64,000 nt of DNA from Planctomycetota bacterium. GTDB taxonomy: Bacteria; Planctomycetota; UBA11346. Where the stretch lies: assembly GCA_038231435.1 (NCBI GenBank), contig JBBRLJ010000023.1, forward strand, positions 1 through 64,000, in the 5' to 3' direction. Below the pieces are notes generated by a model. That model saw only the letters and a program-made list of their open reading frames with translations. It had not been told where the DNA came from and did not search any database. The translations under genes were made by a program, and so were the position numbers. Positions 13,358-20,928 of this stretch are shown one piece after another; positions within the stretch are counted from its first letter, which is position 1; each line of letters opens with the position of its first letter.

Positions 13358-14440
13358 ATGATCACCATGGAAGAGCTGTTGCGGACGATGGTGGAGCGGG
13401 GTGGCTCCGACCTGCACATCTCCGCGGGTTCGGCCCCCCGCACACGCATCGACGGCAATCTCACCGAGATTCCGCAGACCGAGATCCTCGGCCCCGAGCA
13501 GACCAAGAAGCTGGTGTATTCGGTGCTCGACAACCAGCAGATTGCCCGCTTCGAGCAGGATCTCGAGCTCGACATGAGCTTCGGCCTCGCCGGCGTCGGG
13601 CGCTTCCGCGTCAACGTCTTCTACCAGCGCGGCGCGGTCGGCTCGGTGCTGCGCACCATCCCCTACGAGATATTCACTTTCGAACAGCTCGGCCTGCCCC
13701 AGCACGTCTGCAAGCACCTCTGCGAGCTCAACCGCGGCCTGGTGCTGGTCACCGGCGCCACCGGCTCGGGCAAGTCCACGACCTTGGCCTCGATGATCGA
13801 CTACATCAACGCCACGATGCACGATCACATCATCACCATCGAGGATCCGATCGAGTTCGTGCACCGCAACAAATCGTGCCTGGTCAACCAGCGCGAAGTC
13901 GGCACCGACACCCAGGGCTTCAACCAGGCCCTGCGCCGGGTGCTGCGCCAGGATCCGGACGTGGTGCTGATCGGCGAGATGCGCGACAAGGAGACCGTCG
14001 AGGCTGGGCTGACGCTGGCCGAGACCGGCCACCTGACCTTCGCGACCCTGCACACCTCGGACTGCGTCCAGACCATCAACCGCATCATCGACGTGTTCCC
14101 GGCCTACCAGCAGAACCAGATCCGCACCCAGCTGTCCTTCGTGCTCGAGGGCGTGTTCTGCCAACAGCTGATCCCCAAGACCACCGGGCGCGGCCGCGCG
14201 CTGGCGGCCGAGATCATGCTGCCGAACGCCGCCATCCGCTCGCTGATCCGCGAGGACAAGTGCCACCAGATCATGTCGCACATCCAGACCGGCGCTAAGG
14301 TCGGCATGAAGACTCTCAACCAGAGCCTCTTCGAGCTGCACCGCGCGAACCAGATCACCTGGGACGAGGCGATGAACCGGTCCTCGGATCCCGAGGACCT
14401 CAAGCGCATGGCCCAGCGCGACGGCCCGGCGGCGAAATGA
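13358..14440 (+). CDS. pilT: Type IV pilus retraction ATPase PilT
   Basis: GSDLHI, GATGSGKSTTL, TIEDPIE, LRQDPD, AETGHL, AIRSLIRE (AIRNLIRE-type motif). Confidence 0.96.
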   Translation: MITMEELLRTMVERGGSDLHISAGSAPRTRIDGNLTEIPQTEILGPEQTKKLVYSVLDNQQIARFEQDLELDMSFGLAGVGRFRVNVFYQRGAVGSVLRTIPYEIFTFEQLGLPQHVCKHLCELNRGLVLVTGATGSGKSTTLASMIDYINATMHDHIITIEDPIEFVHRNKSCLVNQREVGTDTQGFNQALRRVLRQDPDVVLIGEMRDKETVEAGLTLAETGHLTFATLHTSDCVQTINRIIDVFPAYQQNQIRTQLSFVLEGVFCQQLIPKTTGRGRALAAEIMLPNAAIRSLIREDKCHQIMSHIQTGAKVGMKTLNQSLFELHRANQITWDEAMNRSSDPEDLKRMAQRDGPAAK

Positions 14441-14451
14441 CCAGTCAGCGT

Positions 14452-14538
14452 CAGTGGTCGGTAGTCCGTGATCCGTCGTCGCTCGATGGCGACGGTCTCC
14501 GGCCTTCCCCACGGCGGACGACGGACGACCCACGACGC
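14452..14538. repeat. Degenerate fold-back element with heptamer arms (TCCGTCG/CGACGGA type)
   Basis: 14452-14479 is about 20/28 complementary to 14511-14538, with 7-nt periodicity in both arms. Confidence 0.6.
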
Positions 14539-14558
14539 ACGCTCGAAGGAGCCGGCTG

Positions 14559-15002
14559 ATGGTCTCGCTGAACCGATTGACGCGCAAACGCCTGGGCGAA
14601 CTGCTCGTCGAGCAGGGCATCCTCAGCGAGGAGCAGGTCCAGGACGCGCTGCGCATGCAGCACCAGTCCGGCCTGCTGTTCGGCGAGACGCTGGTGCAGC
14701 AGCGCCTGATCACCGAGGACAAGATGGTGGCGGTGCTGGTCTCGCAGTTCGGCATCCCCTACATCAAACCCTCGACGTACAACATCCCGAAAGAGCTGCT
14801 CGAGATCTTCGAGCCCGCGATGATGCGCCGCTTCCAGTTCGTGCCGATGGATTCCATCGGCTCGGTGCTGGTGATCGCCATCGCCGGCCTGCTCTCGGAA
14901 GACGTGTTCAAGCAGATCGAGACCCAGACCGGCTGCAGCCTGCAGGTGTTCCTGACCAAGATGAGCGAGATCAACGTCGTGCTGCAGGCGCATGGATTAT
15001 GA
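14559..15002 (+). CDS. Stand-alone MshEN/GspE-N-terminal domain protein (putative c-di-GMP binder)
   Basis: RLGELLVEQGILSEEQVQDALRMQ followed by LFGETLVQQRLITED; AAGGAG RBS; no ATPase domain. Confidence 0.8.
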   Translation: MVSLNRLTRKRLGELLVEQGILSEEQVQDALRMQHQSGLLFGETLVQQRLITEDKMVAVLVSQFGIPYIKPSTYNIPKELLEIFEPAMMRRFQFVPMDSIGSVLVIAIAGLLSEDVFKQIETQTGCSLQVFLTKMSEINVVLQAHGL

Positions 15003-15007
15003 AGCCA

Positions 15008-15120
15008 GTGTGTAGTGTGTGGTGTGTGGTGTGTGGTCTCGATGAGACCGTGCCGCCTGTATCCACAGCTGTCACCGCGCATTCCCACTAAACACCAAAC
15101 ACCACCAACCAGACACCACC
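15008..15120. repeat. Fold-back element with heptamer arms (TGGTGTG / CACCAAA type)
   Basis: GTGTGTA GTGTGTG GTGTGTG GTGTGTG on the left; CACTAAA CACCAAA CACCA...CACCA on the right. Confidence 0.65.
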
Positions 15121-15123
15121 CCC

Positions 15124-16971
15124 ATGGCCAATGTCATCGGCTACAACCGCAAGCTCTCGACGCTGCTGCGAAAGCATAACATCGTCGACGAGAAGCAGCT
15201 CCAGGGCGTGGCCGAACGAGCCAACAAGGAGAGCGTGCTGCTGGCGTCGCTCGCCGTCACCGAGGGGCTGATCGACGAGCTCACGCTCATCGGACTGGTC
15301 AGCGAGGATTCCGGCTGGCCGACCCTCGATCTCGACAAGATGAAGGTCGACATGGAGGCGCTGAAGGAGCAGAACAACGGCAATGACATCATTCCCGAGG
15401 AGATGTCGAAGTACCATTCGATCCTGCCGCTCGCGATGATCGGCGAGTACCTGACCCTCGCCGTCGCCAATCCCTATGACGTGGTGATGGTCGACAACCT
15501 GAAGCTGCAGCTGAAGAAGCAGATCCTGCCGGTGGTGTCGAGCGAACGCGCGATCATCAAGGCCATCGAGCTGGCCTACCACGCGCAGGACAAGGCCGTC
15601 GAACAGCTGATGGAGACCATGGAGGGGTTGGACGACGACCTCACCCTGCAGGACGCCAAGAAGACCAACGACGAGAAGCCGGACGACGCCGAGCTCACCG
15701 CGGGCGGCGACGACAGCCCGGCCGTGAAGGTGGTGAAGCAGATCTTCTCGACCGCGATCAAGCGCGGCGCGTCGGACATCCATATCGAGCCGTTCGAGAA
15801 GCGCGTGCGCGTGCGCCTGCGCATCGACGGCGTGTTGACCGAAGTCCTCGATCTGCCGAAGCGGCTCGAGCGCGCGATGGTCTCGCGCCTGAAGATCATG
15901 ACCGACACCATGAACATCGCCGAGCGCGGCAAGCCGCAGGACGGCCGCATCCAGGTGTCCATGGAAGGCAAGAAGGTCGACATCCGTGTCAACTCGCTGC
16001 CGGTGGTGCACGGCGAGAAGGTGTGCATGCGTCTGCTCGCCAAGGGCAATCTCAAGGACATGAAGGAGATCGGCTTCGAGCAGCAGACGCTCGATATCCT
16101 CAATCGCGCGCTGTCCTCGCCGTACGGGATGATGCTGGTCACCGGGCCGACCGGATCGGGCAAGTCCACCACCCTGTATTCGTGCCTGAAATCGGTGATG
16201 ACCCCCGAGGACAACGTCAACACCGTCGAGGATCCGGTCGAATACGAGATCGAGGGCATCAACCAGTGCCACGTCAATCCCAAGCGCGGATTGACTTTCG
16301 CCACCGCCCTGCGCGCGCTGCTACGCCAGGATCCGGACACCATCATGATCGGCGAGATCCGCGACCAGGAGACCATCGAGATCGCGGTGAAGGCCGCGCT
16401 CACCGGCCACTTGGTGCTGTCCACGCTCCACACCAACGACGCTCCCTCGACGATCTCGCGCATCCTGGACATGGGCATCGAACCCTTCCTGTGCGCGTCC
16501 ACCGTGCTCGCCATCCTGGCCCAGCGCCTCGGCCGTCGCCTGTGCAAGAATTGCCGCATCGAGATGCCGAAGGCCGAATACCCATCGCGCCCGCAGCTGC
16601 TCGAGATCGGTTACCTGCCCGAGGAGATCGAGGGCCTGAAGCTCTGGAAGCCGATCGGCTGCAGCCTGTGCTCGGGCGGCTACAAGGGCCGCTTCGCGCT
16701 CGTAGAGTGCATGGAGATGAACGACGACCTGCGCCGCACCATCATCGGTGGCGGAACCGCTATCGAGATCCGCAAGAAGGCGGTCGAGACCGGCATGATC
16801 ACCTTGCGCCGCTGCGGGCTGCTCAACGCCATGCGCGGGGTCACCACGGTCGAGGAAGTCATGCGCCACACCGTGGGCGAGGACATCGATCGGCAGGAGA
16901 ACCAGCCCAAGAAAGCGACCTCGTCTGAGCCTGATCTGCCAGAAGCCGTCACCGCGCCAGCGGCTGGATGA
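15124..16971 (+). CDS. pilB: Type IV pilus assembly / GspE-PulE ATPase
   Basis: ASDIHIEP, PQDGRI, GPTGSGKSTTLY, LLRQDPD, TGHLVLSTLHTN, CKNC...CSLC zinc motif. Confidence 0.93.
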   Translation: MANVIGYNRKLSTLLRKHNIVDEKQLQGVAERANKESVLLASLAVTEGLIDELTLIGLVSEDSGWPTLDLDKMKVDMEALKEQNNGNDIIPEEMSKYHSILPLAMIGEYLTLAVANPYDVVMVDNLKLQLKKQILPVVSSERAIIKAIELAYHAQDKAVEQLMETMEGLDDDLTLQDAKKTNDEKPDDAELTAGGDDSPAVKVVKQIFSTAIKRGASDIHIEPFEKRVRVRLRIDGVLTEVLDLPKRLERAMVSRLKIMTDTMNIAERGKPQDGRIQVSMEGKKVDIRVNSLPVVHGEKVCMRLLAKGNLKDMKEIGFEQQTLDILNRALSSPYGMMLVTGPTGSGKSTTLYSCLKSVMTPEDNVNTVEDPVEYEIEGINQCHVNPKRGLTFATALRALLRQDPDTIMIGEIRDQETIEIAVKAALTGHLVLSTLHTNDAPSTISRILDMGIEPFLCASTVLAILAQRLGRRLCKNCRIEMPKAEYPSRPQLLEIGYLPEEIEGLKLWKPIGCSLCSGGYKGRFALVECMEMNDDLRRTIIGGGTAIEIRKKAVETGMITLRRCGLLNAMRGVTTVEEVMRHTVGEDIDRQENQPKKATSSEPDLPEAVTAPAAG

Positions 16972-17027
16972 CGCGCGAATCGGCAGTGGCGGCTACCGCT
17001 CTCGGCATTCGCCGCGGCGCGGATTGC

Positions 17028-17462
17028 CTAGCGTAGCGGCGTGACGCCCTTCTTGAGGATGATGTTGCCGTATTTCGCGGTCTCGCCGCTCATCAACACG
17101 GCGAAGGCATTGCGCGCGCGCTCGTAGAAAGCGAAGCGCTCGATCCGGGCGATGGCCGGGATCTTGGGCCAGTGCCGGTCGATCGTCGCGCGATAGGATT
17201 TCTCGACTTTCGGATCCAGCTTGTCGCCAGGAACCGCCGCCATCATCATCAGCGGCGCATCGACGTATTCGTCGAGCGCGAACAGTGGTAGGATGGCGTC
17301 GAGCAGGTCGGGAATGCGCAAGCCGTCCGCGCGCAGGACCCGCTCGTTGAAGCTCTCGCCGGGGAAGTGCGCGTCGGCCAGCACGATCTCGTCGCCATGC
17401 CCCATGCGGCAGAGCAGGGCCAGCAGATCCGGACTGATGAGGGGCGAGATGCCGATGAGCAT
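17028..17462 (-). CDS. fucU: L-fucose mutarotase, RbsD/FucU family
   Basis: [33 protein letters not shown]. Confidence 0.92.
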   Translation of the reverse strand: MLIGISPLISPDLLALLCRMGHGDEIVLADAHFPGESFNERVLRADGLRIPDLLDAILPLFALDEYVDAPLMMMAAVPGDKLDPKVEKSYRATIDRHWPKIPAIARIERFAFYERARNAFAVLMSGETAKYGNIILKKGVTPLR

Positions 17463-17669
17463 GGAGGTCTCCGAGGCTGTCCGAAGGTCGGCCAGCGGGG
17501 CGAGAAGCACACGGCGGGCATGCTGCGAGTCAATGCGCCATTTACCCGACCCCGGGCATCGCACTGATGGTGGGAGGGGCGGGCGCCCGTGCGCGCGCAT
17601 CGTTCGCCGCGGGCCGGATCGGAGCGTTTCGAACGTTGCCTGCCGAGACGCGGCCGCATACTCCGCGCC

Positions 17670-18755
17670 ATGAAATCCGCGATCCTCTGCTGCCTGCTCA
17701 CGGTCTCCGTCTTCGCTGTCCTGGGCTGCGTCCGCAGGGATGAGGCCAAATGGAACGGACAGGTCGACCAGGATGGCCGCCCGGTGGTTCCGCCCGCCGA
17801 GGGCACGGATGGCTCGGCTTCGACCGCGGCCTCCGCCGACAACGCCGGCAAGCGCATCATCGCCTTCGCGCCGGTCGCGACCGGCCCGCTCGCGCCGATC
17901 TACCCTGAGTCCCGCCTGGTGTACGCGTTCGATCTGGCCGACCGCATCGACCGCCTCTCCGACGACGATGGCCAGGCGCGCGAGAACCTCCCTGACTCCG
18001 ATGCTCAGGATTGGAGCGCGGGCCCGGTCCCCGCGGCCGCCGGTTCATTCCTGGTGGTGCTCACCCGCGTCCTCGACATCTCCACCGAGAACCCCATCGG
18101 CCCCCATCCGTCGAAGGGCTCGGTCACGGTCACCGTCGAGATGCGCGCCGTCGACCCGAGCGATCCCGCCGGCCCGCCGGTGTTCTACAAGAAGGCCAAG
18201 GGCCACGCCTCCGGCGACCCGATGGTGAAGATGATGGGCGACGTCGCCAAGCCCGAGAGCGTCGCCGCCTGGGACGCCTGCAGCACGTTGGTCGGCAGCC
18301 TGATCAAGGTCCTCAAGGACCGCCCGGACACCGCCGGCGCGCCCATGCCCGGCGGCAGCGTGGTCGTCGACATCGACAGCGACCCGGCGAACGCCGACAT
18401 CCTGGTCGACGGCACCTTCCTGAGCACCACTCCTGCCAAGCTGCCCCTGCCGCGCAAGATCATCACCGTGCGCATCGAGCGCCAAGGCTACCAGCCCTGG
18501 CAACGCCAGCTGATGCCCAGCAAGGACATGCGCATCCAACCGGTGCTCGCGAAGCTCGGCGAGGCGACGCCCTCAACCGGCACGTCGCCATCCGATGCAG
18601 CGCACGGCTCGTTGAAGCCGTCGGCGATCCCGGATCCGACGGTTCCGCCGGCCCAGGCCCCGTCCAAGGACGACCCGGCGCCCAAGCGCGCCGACGTCGA
18701 CGAGACGATGACGCCTCCAACTCCGCCCGAGCTCGTCGTCCCCGACGGGAAGTGA
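17670..18755 (+). CDS. PEGA-domain lipoprotein
   Basis: Lipobox [18 protein letters not shown]...TTP...GYQPW PEGA motif; Pro-rich tail. Confidence 0.78.
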   Translation: MKSAILCCLLTVSVFAVLGCVRRDEAKWNGQVDQDGRPVVPPAEGTDGSASTAASADNAGKRIIAFAPVATGPLAPIYPESRLVYAFDLADRIDRLSDDDGQARENLPDSDAQDWSAGPVPAAAGSFLVVLTRVLDISTENPIGPHPSKGSVTVTVEMRAVDPSDPAGPPVFYKKAKGHASGDPMVKMMGDVAKPESVAAWDACSTLVGSLIKVLKDRPDTAGAPMPGGSVVVDIDSDPANADILVDGTFLSTTPAKLPLPRKIITVRIERQGYQPWQRQLMPSKDMRIQPVLAKLGEATPSTGTSPSDAAHGSLKPSAIPDPTVPPAQAPSKDDPAPKRADVDETMTPPTPPELVVPDGK

Positions 18756-18759
18756 CGGC

Positions 18760-19914
18760 ATGCGCCTCGCCATCGTCTGCTACCCGACCTACGGCGGCAG
18801 CGGCGTGGTCGCCACCGAGCTGGCGATGCATCTCGCCGACCGCGGCCATCAGGTCCACATGGTGTCGTACGAGATGCCGTTCCGCATGGACCGGTTCCGG
18901 CCCAACCTGATGTTCCACGGCGTGGATGTCGGCGATTATCCGCTGTTCCGCTACCCGCCGTACTCGCTCAACCTGACCAACAAGCTCATCGAGGTGGTCG
19001 AGGAGCACGGAGTGGAGATCATCCACTCGCATTACGCGATCCCGCACGCGGTTTCGGCGTGGATGGCGCGGCAGGTGCTGCGTGAGAAGGAGCCGTCGAA
19101 GGACGTGAAGCTCGCCTGCACGCTTCACGGCACCGACATCACCCTGGTCGGACGCGAGCAGGGATTCTACGAGCTGACCAAGTTCGCCATCGCGCATCAG
19201 GATCTGCTCACCGCCCCCAGCGCCTGGCTCGCGACCGAGACCGACAGCCATTTCCACACCAAGCCCGGCAGCGTTCATCCGATCGCGAACTTCGTCGATC
19301 TGGAGCGGTTCGCGCCCGATCCCGCCCAGCCCGCGCGCCAGTGTCTGGCTCCGCCGGATTGGAAGGTGATCACCCACGTCTCAAACTTCCGACCGGTGAA
19401 ACGCGTCGAGGAAGTGGTGCGCGCGTTCGCGGTGCTGCGCCGCCGCCACAAAGCGGTGCTGGCGCTGGTCGGCGACGGTCCGGATTTGCCGAAGGCCGAG
19501 AACCTCGCGCGCGAGCTCGGCGTCCGCGCCGACCTGCGGCTGCTCGGCCAGCAGAAGCCCGAGCCCATCCTGCAGGCCAGCGACCTGTTCCTGCTGCCCA
19601 GTCGATCCGAGAGTTTCGGATTGTCGGCCCTCGAAGCGATGGCCTGTGGCTGTCCGGTGCTCGGTTACCACGCTGGCGGCTTGCCCGAGGTGGTCGAGGA
19701 CGGCGTCACCGGCATCCTCTGTCCAGAGGGCAGCGACGTCTGCCTGGGCACTCTGGCCGCGAACCTGCTCGACGATGTACCGCGCTATCAGCGCATGCGC
19801 CTCGCGGCGCGCGCCTCTGCCGAGCGCTTTGCGCCCAAGCCCATCGTCGACGAGTACGAGCGCTTGCTGATGGCGTTGGTCGAGAAGCCGCAGGCCAAGG
19901 GCAGCGCGCGCTGA
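18760..19914 (+). CDS. bshA: N-acetyl-alpha-D-glucosaminyl L-malate synthase
   Basis: CYPTYGGSGVVATEL, YPLFRYPPY, HYAIPHA, TLHGTDITLVG, HVSNFRPVKR, ESFGLSALEAM. Confidence 0.93.
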   Translation: MRLAIVCYPTYGGSGVVATELAMHLADRGHQVHMVSYEMPFRMDRFRPNLMFHGVDVGDYPLFRYPPYSLNLTNKLIEVVEEHGVEIIHSHYAIPHAVSAWMARQVLREKEPSKDVKLACTLHGTDITLVGREQGFYELTKFAIAHQDLLTAPSAWLATETDSHFHTKPGSVHPIANFVDLERFAPDPAQPARQCLAPPDWKVITHVSNFRPVKRVEEVVRAFAVLRRRHKAVLALVGDGPDLPKAENLARELGVRADLRLLGQQKPEPILQASDLFLLPSRSESFGLSALEAMACGCPVLGYHAGGLPEVVEDGVTGILCPEGSDVCLGTLAANLLDDVPRYQRMRLAARASAERFAPKPIVDEYERLLMALVEKPQAKGSAR

Positions 19915-19935
19915 CACGACGCCGGCTCGCGTCGA

Positions 19936-20472
19936 TCAGCCGCTCTTCGGCCTGAAGGCCTTGATCACCGCTTCGTCGGTCTCCAGGCGCGCCGCCCCGA
20001 TCAGATCGAGGCAATAGGGAATCGCGGGAAACACCGCGTCCAGGCATTCGCGGATGCTCTTCGGCTTGCCGGGCAGGTTCACGATCAGCGACGAGCCGCG
20101 GATGCCGGCGGTCTGGCGCGAGAGGATGGCGGTGGGCACGAAGCGCAGTGACGCGGCGCGCATCAGTTCGCCGAAACCGGGCATCAGCTTGTCGCACACC
20201 GCTTCGGTGGCTTCGGGTGTCACGTCGCGCTTGGCTGGACCGGTGCCACCCGTGGTGACGACCAGATCGCAGCGCTCGACGTCGCACAGGGCGATGAGGG
20301 TGGCGCGGATGGTCTCGATATCGTCGGGAATCAGCCGTGTTATCGGCTCCCATGGCGAAGTCAGGTAGTCGTCCAGGGTCGCGGCGATGGCTGGCCCGCC
20401 GAGATCCTGGTAGACGCCGGCGCTGGCGCGATCGCTGATGGTGAGGATGCCGATGCGCGCCGTGGCGGTCAT
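19936..20472 (-). CDS. mog: Molybdopterin adenylyltransferase
   Basis: TISDRAS, TTGGTG, RDVTPEAT, NLPGKPK. Confidence 0.96.
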   Translation of the reverse strand: MTATARIGILTISDRASAGVYQDLGGPAIAATLDDYLTSPWEPITRLIPDDIETIRATLIALCDVERCDLVVTTGGTGPAKRDVTPEATEAVCDKLMPGFGELMRAASLRFVPTAILSRQTAGIRGSSLIVNLPGKPKSIRECLDAVFPAIPYCLDLIGAARLETDEAVIKAFRPKSG

Positions 20473-20564
20473 GTGCGGCGGAGGTTCGCAGGCGGGGCCG
20501 CCGGCTCAAGTCGCGCTGCGCGTTTGAATTCCCCACCTGGCGAGTGTCGGAAACCGCCTGGGGA

Positions 20565-20593
20565 TTGACACCGATGGCGCCATACCCTACGTC
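20565..20593 (+). promoter_or_regulatory. Possible sigma70-type promoter for the small acidic ORF
   Basis: Perfect TTGACA at 20565-20570; only a weak -10 (TACGTC) at 17-nt spacing. Confidence 0.3.
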
Positions 20594-20705
20594 AAAGGCA
20601 TACCACGACACGAGATGCGCACGGGATGCGGCCCAGACCAGGGCCGCGCACTACCCGCTGGTGTTCATCATCTCCTCCGTTAGGTAAGGACACAAGGAGT
20701 CGCTC

Positions 20706-20876
20706 ATGGGTCTGGAAGAAGACATCGTCAAGCTCCTCAAGAGCGAAGGCTTCCGCATCAACGAGGCGATCAAGGATGCTCTCGACGAGTTCCTCGACAC
20801 CGTCAATGACGAGAACGAAGACATGGAAGAGAACCTCGAGGACGACGAGGTGAAGGAAGACGAAGAAGACGACTGA
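20706..20876 (+). CDS. Small, very acidic protein (56 aa; not in the ORF track)
   Basis: AAGGAG RBS; MGLEEDIVKLLKSEGFRINEAIKDALDEFLDTVNDENEDMEENLEDDEVKEDEEDD*; strong GC3 bias. Confidence 0.8.
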   Translation: MGLEEDIVKLLKSEGFRINEAIKDALDEFLDTVNDENEDMEENLEDDEVKEDEEDD

Positions 20877-20928
20877 TCGGCTCGGCTCGGCCGGCTCCCA
20901 AAAGGATGGCGTCGGCATCCGCCTTGGC

